A DNA stretch of 64,000 bases, taken from positions 124,001-188,000 of the forward strand of contig NW_013547014.1 of NCBI RefSeq assembly GCF_000711695.1. The letters run 5' to 3'. This DNA is from Tilletiaria anomala UBC 951. Its lineage: Eukaryota. This document shows, piece by piece, positions 1 through 11,866 of the stretch (positions within the stretch are counted from its first letter, which is position 1; the number at the start of each line of letters is the position of its first letter). Below the pieces are notes generated by a model. It ran no database searches. It had not been told where the DNA came from and worked only from the letters and a program-made list of their open reading frames with translations. The position numbers and the translations under genes are program-made.

Positions 1-3000
1 TTTGCCGAGGCTTGCATTCTGGCTGCCCTCGAACGAAGTGAAGAGGCGAAGCGCAACGGACGCAGCGAGGGACAACGCCATGGGAAAGGCGAGGCGGAAG
101 ATGCACAGCCATATACAGAGTCGCAAACAGAGAAACACGCGGATGTAGAAAGCGGAAAAACTGCATTTGCGCGGCAATTCTTACAAGATCGTCTACTCTT
201 TGCTGTGCAGGAGGATGAGCAGCCAGAGGACGAGGTGCATCATCAACATGTCCTCAGGCACGCACAAGGCATGTACTCGAATACGTTACCCACCGGCGCA
301 AAAAGGCAGGCCAAGCGGCGGCGAACCGATACTAACTCCGGTACGAGAGGGCAGACACAGCCAAGGACACAGTCTCTGTGGCTCTTTCGCGTCTGCTTCT
401 ACGACTCGACTGAGGGAGCCGCTGTCCCTCCCGCGAGCGCAAGCTTGTCCTTCTGCGATGCTGTCCTGCGCTTGTCCTCCACCTTGCCCGATCAAGCCGA
501 TCCGACAAATTTCTCACACACCCCAACATCAGCGAAACAAAGGCAGCGGCCACTGTCGCAGCTGCTGTCGCCATCCGAGCAATTTCAACTTTCCGCGCTC
601 GAGAAAGCGTGTGCAGCTCTGCAGCACGAGCTCCCGCTTCTCATGCTCGAGACAGAAAAGCCGGACCACACGATCACGCTCGAGGAGCTGAGGAACGATG
701 CGCTCGTGTGCGACGCGTTGCAGCGCGCTCTGCATGGCGCCTTCGTTGCCTGGGCCTTGCATCGGCAGCACCACCCTTGCAAACCCCTGGACCCGTCTGG
801 CGCGTTGGGTGCGCAAAGAAATCAGGCCGCAGGCGATGGCCTCGATGTTGATAATCGGGGAGACACGGGGGAGGAGGATGTATATCCCGTTCGCTGGCGC
901 GACGGTATACTGCTGCGACCTAGATTCCGACCACCTCTGAGGTGGCCGAGGCACAGTACGTACGACGATCAAGAAGAGAGAGATTGTAACATCGGAAGGA
1001 GCCGCACTGGCCACCTGCGCTCCACCTCGCACGTTGGCATTACACACGCGCACGCCGAAGCAAGTTCTTCCATCAATCTACGCGCGTTCATCTCCCCTTT
1101 TATTTTGCAGCTGCACCTCTCACGCCAGCCCCAGGATACAGCGTGGAATCTCTTTCCCCTTTCCGTGCGGTCTCCTAGGGAAGACCGGGATCCGGCTGTG
1201 ACGTGCGCTTGGGACGGCGAGTGGGATCCCGGGCCTTGTCTCGCGTCCGACCGCGTTCCTCGCTCTGGCGCAACGCTGCTCCTCGCTCCTCTTGGCGTCC
1301 AGGCTACGTTCGTGGATCGATGGATGAAGGCAGACATCAACCTTCTGCAAAGGGATGCAGCTAGAGACCACGCGGTCGGCGTGTCGACCTTGCATGCTTG
1401 GGAGTCGATGAAAGAGGAGCTCAAGACGCGGCTCCTTGCAATGGGCTGTCTCAGCTCGCCGGAAGTGGAAGAGGATCTGGAGAGGGATCGTTACATCCTT
1501 TGCAAGCGCCAAGAAAGCGAGAATGAGAATGAGAATGAGAATGAGAAGGACGGCGGTGGTGCCGCTGGCGCGCAAGGGCAAGTCCAACAAGGCGAAAATG
1601 ACACCAGCACGGGAAACACGCGCGTCTTCCTCTGGCTGCAATCGCTTTGTTACCTTGCTGTACCTCGTCATGTTGGCACTGAAGGGAGCCACGTCGAAGG
1701 GATCATCAGCGCAGGCGAAAAGACGAAGACGGCGTCGGTGATTGTGCCAGCCGTGGAGCGACTCAATTTTGCGACACCTCAGCGACTCGGAGAAGTGCTG
1801 GACAACTCTCGGAAAGCATTGCAGCGCCTCGCCAGTGCCAGGACCAAGACCCGGCAGGAGGCTGCACCGCCGATCACACCACCTCCGCCGCCGGCCCAGC
1901 TATCGATTGTCGATGCGCAAGGCGGCGCACAAGTGGCACTGACTGCCACTGCTCTTAAAGGGGTAGCTCTTAAACAAGAGCCCTCAATGCAATCTGCTGT
2001 CGAGGAGCAGCCGCAAGAATGGAGGTTGTCTCATGCCGCGACCGCCGAAGATGCATGGTCCAGCTCCGAAGGTGATGCAGACTTGTGGGGCGAAGCGGAT
2101 GGCGAAGACGGCAGAGATGTGTCGCATTCGAGCTCCGATCGACAAGGCATTGTTGTCGACTCTCCGAATCTCAAGTGTACCTCTCCTACAGGGAACCAGG
2201 CAGAGTTACTGCCGCCAGCAGCTCATATCGACTCGGTCGAGGCATTCGGATCTGATCACCCAAATCCCGCCTTTGGCGTTGAGGCCTCTTCGGCACCTGC
2301 TAAACGTGCGTTCGAAGATATGGACATCGTCACGGATGTCGACTTTGACTTTTTCGGTGGGGGTGGCATCGTTCTTGCTGATCTACCAGCTGATACCAAC
2401 GTAGCAGCCAAGCAAGGCCAGCTTCACGCTTATGATGCACCTGCTCCGAACGCTGCATTGGAAGGGCATGCTTCTTCGGGTCCGCCCCACAGCACATCTC
2501 TTGCTGCGCCCCTCTTGGTTCTGCAGCAGATATTTCCTCGCCATCCAGCAGGCGCTGTCACTGGGACAACCTTTGCAAGCCTCGATGCGCCATCTCTACC
2601 CGCGTTCACTCCTGGCTCGTTGACAGCCTCTTCTCCTACCATGGGCCCGCTCCTCGGCAAGACGCCGCAAACACCTGGAGACGAGCAGCATTTCGTTCCG
2701 GACTCGGTAGCCATTGCGAACTTTGACAATGTCCGCTCCTCCGTCCAGCAGAGTGCCGATGAGGATCTGAGCGCAAAGTCGGTAGATTACGACCTTGACT
2801 ACCATCTGCTCGGCTCAATGCGGGCAATGATGCCACGTGATCTGCCCACTGGTGATATGGCTTCCAAGTATGAAGAGGGCAAATTCGCCGTTCCGGTCGA
2901 TGGCAGCACATCAACGCAGGCTAAACCGAATGGCGATGCTCCCGACCTGACAGTACAGTTGCAGGCACAGACACAGACGCGCCTACAGGCAAGCACAAAG

Positions 3001-5138
3001 GCGCAAGCACAGGGAAACCCGCATTTGCAGGGACAGGCTCCACCTCGTAAGAAACGGCTGCTGGCCACTCTTCGCCACAGGCACATGAATGATGAAGAGT
3101 TGTCCGAGCTGGGAACAGCAGATGCTTCGGTCAGCGGACAAAGTGACTCTGATGACAGTGACTCTGAATCTGAGGCTGATCGAGGGCATGCAGTGGACGA
3201 AGTGCAGACGCTCAAGTCGCAGCTAGACCTTCTCTCGCATGCCGTTAAAATTGTCGTTGGGCGTGTGTCTGTGCATTCCCGCACTCGCGCACTCACTGTA
3301 CGCGGCCGGCAGACATCATCGGATGCTCAAGTGGAGGATCGGTTGTACAATCCGTCCTGTACAAGGCTTCTGCATTATGGTGCTCGTGTTCAAGGTGACG
3401 CACAAGTCCAGTCCATGGGTGACGAGTGTGAAGGTTGCGACGTCGCCGCAAGGGCCATCAAAGACCCAAAGGCTTTCGCAGCGGGATCAATATCGCGAGT
3501 TGGCACTTTGCAACTGCTAGAGCAAACGCAAATGATCGTGAGCAGCGCGGGGTCTGTCCTCAAGATAAATGCGGCCGCAGTGCCATTTTGGAGTAAATTG
3601 AATCTGGCACCTGTTGCGGGTCGGAAGAACGTCACATGTCTTTTGCTGGTCGAGGAGTCATCTGAAGGCTTCATTGGCGACACGCGGCGTCGACTTGACG
3701 TGTGGAAGTATAGCTACGAGGTGAGAAACAGGAAGGGGTAAAACATCTATGCTACGATACTGAACCGCTTCACACCTTTTAGAGCATGTCCTTGGGCACT
3801 TTCAGTCAAGTAGATGTGGCCATCATCGCTGCCAGTGATCCACGAACCCCTGCATTAAGCGAGCTGAGAATGGACAGCGGTGAGCCAGTAACATAGTGTG
3901 AGAAGGCATATTCCGCTAAAACTGCTTCTTCATTCAGAGCGTTGGAACAACACGATCCACTCGTTGGGCACAAGAGTCAATGCGGCTGCCGCACATGACA
4001 AGTACACAGTGCTTTGGGTGGCTGGATGCAAGGAAACACCCGATCAAGAGATCCTAGGGGCGATACAGGTGGATTTGCGGCTTCTGTGTCGCAAAGCAGG
4101 TAACCCGCAGCCATTCGTGACGGTCGTGGAGCTTACCGCAAAACGACCTTCCTACCTCGACTGCTTAGCACTCTACGATAGTATCGAAAGCAGCTCGCCG
4201 CCGGAAGCTACGCGCCACCTCCACCGAGAGCTAACACCCTCCGGACACAGCTTCCAAAGTCCAGCATTCGCCCTTGCACCTGCTACCTACCGTCAATCGA
4301 AACATTTCTCTTTGACGTGGCCGCATGTCTCGGACTCTCACGATGCAACTGACTACCTCGTTCACGTGGCCTACGACATTGATTTCACTGGCAGCATCTG
4401 GACCGCATGTATCGACAATAAAGCCCAGCTTTCGGAGACAAAGCAGTCGCCGAAGAGTGGCAAAACATACGATGACTTACTCACGGTCTGGACTAACGCG
4501 GTGTCTTTTGCCAGAAGGGCTTCGCAGAAATGCACAATTGTCCTCTGCCACAGCTGCTCATCTAGGGAGGAAATCCGACTGGGTAAGCCTAATTGCACAT
4601 TGCATTAATGATCTCAGCTGACCAGGAGCGCATAACAGGTTGCTTCAAGAACATTGCGGCCGAGCAAAAGCCACCATGGATAGAACACGTGATTTTCTTG
4701 TGCTTGGACCGGAGTACTCCAATCGCCCTGCCATGGGAGAGACTAGCTCCGCCAGGGCATGATTTTCCTCAGCAAGCTAATGCAGCCCGCGACAACTCGC
4801 TCATGCACGATTCGTCTCGCCTGGATCTCGCCTGGACCTTCCCGCCTGCGCGCCTTATCCACGATCTCTGTGACGTTTCACCTCTTGCATCTGGCCTGTT
4901 GGCGTCTCGCCGCCTCTGCTCGGCGACCGCATCTTCTTGGTCGACAGAGAACTACATTCTTCACATCCTAGCTACCGTGCCGGAAAGTTCCGCGGGAATG
5001 GAAGAAGTCATGCAACAAGTTCTCGTGTCTTTCCACGAGCTGAGAACGGTCACCAAGCTCCGACTTGCATGCGACCTGCCGTTGCCGTGGCACGTGGCCG
5101 CCGTTCGAATATTCGCAGCTGCTAGTGCGAAGTATTGA
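1..5138 (+). CDS. MED13: Mediator of RNA polymerase II kinase-module subunit 13 (Med13/Ssn2/Srb9), 5'-truncated by the window edge
   Basis: ORFs 205-3741, 3898-4608 and 4593-5138 join through GT-AG introns at ~3721-3782, ~3880-3937 and ~4583-4626. Med13 C-terminal hallmarks are present: AVPFWSKLNLAPVAGRKNV, LVHVAYD and terminal LPLPWHVAAV. Confidence 0.85.
1520..1545 (+). repeat. GAGAAT hexamer tandem repeat (about 4 copies) encoding ENENENENE in Med13
   Basis: gagaatgagaatgagaatgagaatga is visible in the sequence. Confidence 0.9.
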
Positions 5139-5184
5139 TGTATCTCATGCGCCTGCATCTGTAGCATATGCGTTCGTCTACTGC

Positions 5185-5932
5185 CTATTTGCGTGTGCTT
5201 CTTCGACCCTTCGCTGGCGGTGGTCCGGAACGGCTCCCAGAACGAGTCCCCCGTCGTGTCGGTGCCTCCGCTTCATCCTCGCCATCTTGCTCGGGCTCAT
5301 CGTCTTCGCCTTCGCTTGGAGGGGCAGAGCGCTTCACGCTCTTTTTGACTGGACTTTCCACTTCCGTCAATTCATCATCTGATAAATCTTCTTCGCTGCT
5401 TTCTGGCGCTCTAGCGCGTTGAGCGATCATGTTCTCGAACTCGAACGTTTGCGAGAGTATAAAGCCCTCCTCGCATTGGGGGCAGCGGTTTTCTGGCATA
5501 TCCTCGCTGTCGTCTCCCCCATCGGCCTCACAGCTGTCCTCGTCATCTTCTTCGTCCTGGACGCCTCCCTCTATTTTGTATTCCTGAAAATTACCGTAGT
5601 ATGGCGTAGCGATTCAGCTCTTGGTCCTCCTCCAAAGCACATAACACCCCATTGAATGCACTCACGAGCTCGTTCAACGCTGTCAGATCGTACCATTCTT
5701 CCAGTTTGTTCCAAATCAGCTTCGAATCTTGCAGCGCTGCTTGGCCAGTTAAGGGTGGCCTGCTATCCTCTTTTCGAGATTCATCTATTTTTTCCACGGC
5801 TTGCGAGAGCTTCTGGAGTATCCGAATCAGGTGGAAATGACGATGGATACCAACTGGGCGATGAGAGGAGACCGCACTCAAAAGCGCACTCTCAACCTCG
5901 ATGTCATCAAGGAAGGCAACCTCATCGGGCAT
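5185..5932 (-). CDS. EAF7: NuA4 histone acetyltransferase subunit Eaf7 (MRGBP/CT20 family), 2 exons
   Basis: Motifs RPVGIHRHFHL and IWNKLEEWYDLTALNE, then an intron (GTGAGT...TTTCAG, ~5585-5665) and an acidic/basic low-complexity tail. Confidence 0.85.
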
Positions 5933-6327
5933 GACTGTCAATCCGTGGGAGATGGCTTATATGAAGGATCCAAGATCCTTGAACGAAGATTGGACTTGTT
6001 AGGGAAAGAGAATATGAAGGTGGCAGGTGAACCCCAAAAGAGAACAACACAGAGCAGGTGGGGTACAACTTCAACTTTCGCGTGGCAACTTGCGTCATAC
6101 ACCATCAATACATGTTTATTGCAGTGAAACGACCTCAGGATGCCATTGAACAGGCTCGGAGAAGGGTCTCCAATGGAGACCATCATCGAAAACCACAAGC
6201 AAAGCAATGGTGTATTGGAACCGCATATTGCTGGGTGCGGACGACACGGGAGTCTTCCGTGAAACACAGCATTTGTTGCATTTGATGCATCATTAATCAC
6301 GTCATAGGGACAGCTCGATTACAGATG

Positions 6328-8900
6328 CTATTCTGGTCTACGAGCTTGCAAAAAAGCCATGAGTCTCTCCAGAATCCCACGAGCATCATGTTGCTGTCCT
6401 TCAACTCCTCCTTGTGCCTCTCGGCCACCGTTGGCTTCGCCATCCTCGTCACCGTTCCAGCCACCAGGATGCATTTGCTGGATCAGGTCATTGAAGAATC
6501 CGGCCTGTGGAAGCCGATGAGCATCGGATGACTAGGTCAGCGAAAGAGCGAAGACAGGACGCGTAACAGGAGAAAGCACGACCCACCTGCTCCTCTTGCG
6601 GCAGTCGATCCTGGGCATCCTGAATCATCCTCATCAGATCTTGCGCGCCTCGCCTCCCGCCGGGTCCACCCCGGTTCGAACTTGGCATGCGACCAGAGAT
6701 GTCAGCAAAATATTCATCATCGAATCGGGTGCCGTAAGCAGGTGGAAACGGATCGGATGCTTCGAGCAGCTCTGAGCGCGACGTCACATCGGGCGGCATA
6801 AGCGAGATCAACTGCTGGCGCAATGTGTCGGGGATATCCGAAACGATTACATGGCGGTAGATGCTGGTGAGCGTTTCACCATCTGGAGGATTTGGTCTGC
6901 GCGCCTTTTTTTTAATGACAGGCCAAACTCGCCTAAAAGTCTCCGAGAGCCATGACTGGTGGTCGTGATCCTTCCAAAGCGACTCGGAACGTGCAGCGTA
7001 CAGATGGCTGAGGAGGTGCACATAGGCATCGCGTCCATTGATCTCCGAATATGAGCTTGCGACTTGTAGCGACGGGTCATCAAGAGCTTCCATGGGAATT
7101 TCTGTGCCGAGCTTCTTTAAAAGCACTGGCGCAGCTATAGGGTGCAGACCCATCGCTTCCTCTAGCGCCGTATTGCTCTTTGCATGGTCCTGGGGGCATT
7201 GAGGACAGCCTCGTGAGCAGCTATACAGGTGACAAGCGTCAGAAGCGAAAAGAAAGCTGCTCACATGATTTCTTTCTTCTCTCTCGATCCCTCGATATGC
7301 GAGGGCCTTAGCGAACTGCCATCCCACAGCCCATTCCACACTTCCTCTTGCCTGAGTGAGGGCCTCATCCAGCTGCAACACCCACTTGTGGCTTGAACTC
7401 TTGATTGCGAGAAAGTCTACCCATAGCAGCACCGCATGTGGATCTGAGGGTGCCGCTATGGATAGCAATAGCTTGCACCACTCGAGCGATGTGCGCCATG
7501 TCCCCCGGCGCCCTAAGTAATTGATGTGACGGTGTGCGGCGAGATAGAACCCGCGGTTCTCTATACGCGAGAAGTCGACTTGCGCGGGACCGGAGGAAGA
7601 GGTGAGAGAGGATACGAAAGATGGATTTGCACACCGCTCGTAGGCAAATAACGCTCGAGAGACAAAGTCACCAGCTTGACCCAAGTCGCCCTGATGTCGT
7701 AAGACCTCGCTCAGTTGTAGCAAAGTGTCGATATGCCAGGGGTAGATCCGAATAAGGGTGTGCAACGAGTTGGGGTCATACCTGTGGCATGGGAGTATGG
7801 GCAAGGTAAATGATTCAGGGATGGTTCGACAGGGCTAGCTACGACAAAGCACGACACGTACGATCGAACCGCTTCGAGAAAATTGTACTGTGCTTCTTTG
7901 TAAGCCCTCGAATGAATCCACGAGCAAATCTTGCCCTTCCCTTCTTCTACGTGGTCCTCCATATTCATGCCCGTGAAAGTCTGCGCGATGGGCAGCCATT
8001 CAGGCTTTGGCTGCACGAGCACACATCGTAACCGCATGTTGGGATTGTGTGCTGCGTTCCGCATTCTGGCTGCTCGCCCGCCTGCAGCGCCGCTTCCGCC
8101 AGTGCTGCGCGCTTCGGACTCGTATGCCTTCACAGCTGCCGCTCCAAAAGTCCTCTTCAGCTCGACAAAAGGATCAAAGTTCTGCGCTGTACAGCTTAGC
8201 GTTGATCGCAGCTTGTTGAGAAGGCAGTACTCTGTGCTTGATGATGCCGGCGCTCCGGAACCTGTAGATGCTACTGCCCCGCTTGTTGCATCCGACGTGG
8301 CTCGCTCCTGCGCCAAGAGACGATCAAACTCGTCCATACTCATGTCCTCCACATTTCGCTTTTCTCCCTTGGTCAGCGCTCTGGCATTCGTATACTTGCT
8401 GCCTCCTTTGGACAGTCCAAGTGTGCCTTTGTCTGTACTGGGAGTAGTGGACCCGCTTGCTTCACCGGTTTGTAGGGCATCTTCCGTTTGCAGTCCCTTG
8501 CTTCGGTTCTTCTTTTGCTTTTTCTTTTTGGTCTTTGAGCTACCTTTCGCCGGTGCAGACTCGGTCTCTCTTTCTTGTTCGTTCCCTTCGTCTTGTTCCC
8601 GCTCTTCCTCATCTGAATTCAAGCTGAGCTGGAGATCGGTACCGTGCAGAGATCTTTAAGCACAGGAGCACGGAAAAATTCCTACGAACCGAAACTCACG
8701 GCTGCAAATGCACTGACAGGCTGTGCTTGTACGGTTTTGCAGTTCGAGCTTGGGGATGCATCCTTTACATTGCCCGCTTCTCCATCTGCTTCCTCGATCT
8801 TGTCTTCGCCTGGAGTAGAAAGTCTACCTGCCTGTTTCTGTAGAGCTGCAAGCTCTTCCTCCTCTCGCGCTTGCCTCTTGGACATGCGTTTTGCCGCCAT
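6328..8900 (-). CDS. RQC1: Ribosome quality control protein Rqc1 / TCF25 (Nulp1) family, multi-exon
   Basis: Motifs PWHIDTLLQLSEV and ENRGFYLA...RRGTWRTSLEWCKLLLS with a basic/acidic N-terminus. The last exon ends ...LMAFLQARRPE* at 6328. Confidence 0.85.
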
Positions 8901-9468
8901 CTTGGCACGTTGTTGAGGGGGGGACGAAGGGCAGACCTGCCTTGTGTCCCCTCTTCAAGACCAATGTGTTCCCACCTATTGCTATTACGCAGTAGCTGAA
9001 TGGTCCAAGCTGGTGGCAGTGTGGATACCAGTCCGTTCCCAAGGCAATTGACATGTCGAAAGCACAAACAATTGCTGCTATGACGCAGCTAACGACTGAG
9101 GACTCCTTCAGAGAAGCGATCAGTTGTGAGGAGTTGACCTGATGTCTAATCGGTGCAATTTTCTCTCGCCGGACAACCCCAGCTACCAGCGGTCCGCACC
9201 TCTCATCAAGTTCCTGCTCTTCTAAGTCCATGAATGACTTATAGACTCCTTGCCTCAATCCTAATTCATTCGTCCCCATCAGCGCATTATAGCCAGAAAT
9301 AAGGGGGGAACACTATTCATCCCAGATCAGCCTTGATAACAACTCTGAGAAGCGCCATTTTGCGCTCGGCAATCTTCAGCAGCGCCTGGGTCGTTCTGTG
9401 CCCCCCTGGGCTAGATTTCCATTTAACTGCCACAGTTCAGCATAGCTTCAGGATTATCATCACCAGGC

Positions 9469-10820
9469 ATGGTCCAAGAATCTCAGGGTGGCGGAGGCAC
9501 CGCCGCAACGCTAATGAAGCATCTCAACTCCTTCACTACCAAAAAGCAGGCCGATGAGTCCAAGTCCAAAGACCCAGAGCTGCGCAACGATCTCATCATC
9601 AGAGCTGCACGGGGCGAGGCGACCCCGAGGCCTCCCGTCTGGGTCATGCGTCAAGCCGGACGATATCTTCCAGGTGAGCCCCTTTCCCTTCATGATACGG
9701 AGCCCAGAAGGGACGAGGCAAAGAATTGACGCACCAACATCTGCCACACCCTCTAGAATTTCGGGCGCTGCGAGAGAAGCACGATTTTTTCGAGTGCTGC
9801 CGTGTACCTGAGCTAGCAGCAGAGATCACGCTCCAGCCCATTCGACGCTACCATGGACTTCTCGATGCGGCTATCATCTTCTCTGACATTCTCGTCGTTC
9901 CGCAGGCTATGGGTCTCGAAGTCGAGATGCTGCCAGGCAAAGGCCCCCACTTCCCCGCACCGCTGCACAAGCCGAGCGATATGGAGAGGCTCAAGAAGAA
10001 AGTCGATGTCAAGAAGGAGCTTGGTTATGTCATGGATGCCATCAAGCTCACGAGACAAAAGCTCGAAGGAAGGGTACCTCTCATCGGCTTCTGCGGTGCA
10101 CCATGGACGCTCATGGCATACATGATTGAAGGTGGCGGAAGCAAGGAGTTCGAAAAAGCCAAAAAGTGGCTCTGGGCACACCCAGAGGAAAGCAAGGAGT
10201 TGCTGCAGCGCATCACAGATGTCTGCATTGAGTTCCTGGTTGCACAGGTCCGGGCAGGTGCCCAGCTGCTTCAAGTCTTTGACTCATGGGCTGGCACCTT
10301 GTCCCCATCCGACTTCCGCACATTCAGCCTACCCTACCTTCGCGCCATCTCGGCTGGCGTCCGCGATGCACTATCGTGCAATTCGCGTGCATGCGTCCCA
10401 CTGATCTGCTTTGCCAAAGGCGCCTTGGGTCACTCGCTCCCGGAAGTCAGCAAGGCGGGCTACGATGTCGTCGGCCTTGACTGGACTGTTGAGCCGAGCG
10501 TCGCACGCCGGATCGTTGAGATGAGCTCGCCGGGCGGTACTTCCTTGAAGGCTGGAGCCGGTGCCAATGAGGCGGCGCACCGCATCGCGCTACAGGGCAA
10601 CCTCGATCCATCCGTGCTCTACGCGGGTAAGGAAGCAATCCGGCAGCAAGTAGACAAGATGTTGCGCTCGCGCAAAGGCGGATTTGGAGGGTCCGGCGCA
10701 CACATTGTCAACCTTGGGCACGGCATTACTCCTGGTGTGGATCCTGAGGACATGAGGTACTTCCTCGAGTGCGTACACGAGATCGGTCGTGAGGTCTGCA
10801 GCGCAAAGGAAGAAGAGTAA
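9469..10820 (+). CDS. HEM12: Uroporphyrinogen decarboxylase
   Basis: [15 protein letters not shown] (joined across the intron at ~9674-9756), [37 protein letters not shown]. The start could also be the ATG at 9514. Confidence 0.97.
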
Positions 10821-10933
10821 AAAGGGGTTGAGATGTTCCTTGTCGACCGCAGCTCGATTTGGGTGATTTTTGTAATACAACAATGCGGGAGCAGAAACAA
10901 TGCGATGCGACGCTCTCAAGACGTTCGTTGTTG

Positions 10934-11401
10934 CTATTCATATTGTTCTGGTAATCGGCCGGTGGTCTTGACCGCATATAGACCCGGTACTCGTTTCTCT
11001 AGGCATGTGCAAGCATTCGATGAGCTGCCTCACCGAATTGAGCCTTCTTCTGCGCGAGGATACTCACCTATATGCTGCCATTTCGCCACCCAGCTCTGAT
11101 CGGGGTGGATCATAGAGACAAGTCCATCAAAATTGCTCGTGGTGCAGTCGAGAACTGTGTCCTGCGACCCTTGCATCTGGTCGCACCCAACATGCCGGCA
11201 AAGGGAAAGCCAAGTCAGCAGCAATTCTTTCGCTTCTTCGTGGCATCTACTCCAGCGCAGTCTTCGAGAGCAGACTGAACAACACACCTGCAGTACAGCC
11301 TCGCAGTTGGGGCAGCCTCGCGCATTAAAGTCGGCACCGCGTTGGACGAACTGACAGCGCAAGCACGCTCGAAGCTTAGCGATGTCGGCTTTGGTCGTCA
11401 T
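10934..11401 (-). CDS. SPT4: Transcription elongation factor Spt4 (DSIF small subunit), 3 exons
   Basis: LRACLRC...GCPNC zinc ligands, CTTSNFDG, SWVAKWQ, last exon EKRVPGLYAVKTTGRLPEQYE*. Confidence 0.95.
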
Positions 11402-11866
11402 CTTCGCCTCGTCCGTGCGACAATCAAGCTCGAGAACAGGATGCGTGGAGGGGAATGAATCGACCACACAGCAAGATCTTTATCCTCACTGAGATCGGCT
11501 TGAACGCAACGAAGCAAACACCCTCAGCAAATGGAGGCACACCTCACACTGGGCAGCCAACAGAGACGACGAGAGAACCTTCAGGGTGTGGGTCGTAGGA
11601 GGGGAGATGAGAGCGACGTGTGGGAACATAGTCAAACCAAGTAGGGTTACATATGAAGAGGCAAACTATGGAGACGTATGTGCATCAGAGGATTGGAAGC
11701 TCAATTTTGAATGAAGTGAATCAATCACAGCTTGAATGCAACTCGTCACGACCACTGCTGAGTTCATGCTACAGCGTTGGATGCCACGGTGTACGCACTA
11801 AGCTTACCATCAGCCGTTCCAGATTGCGAAATCGAGCGGTACCTGGGCGTTTTGCATCCCGCCAGC

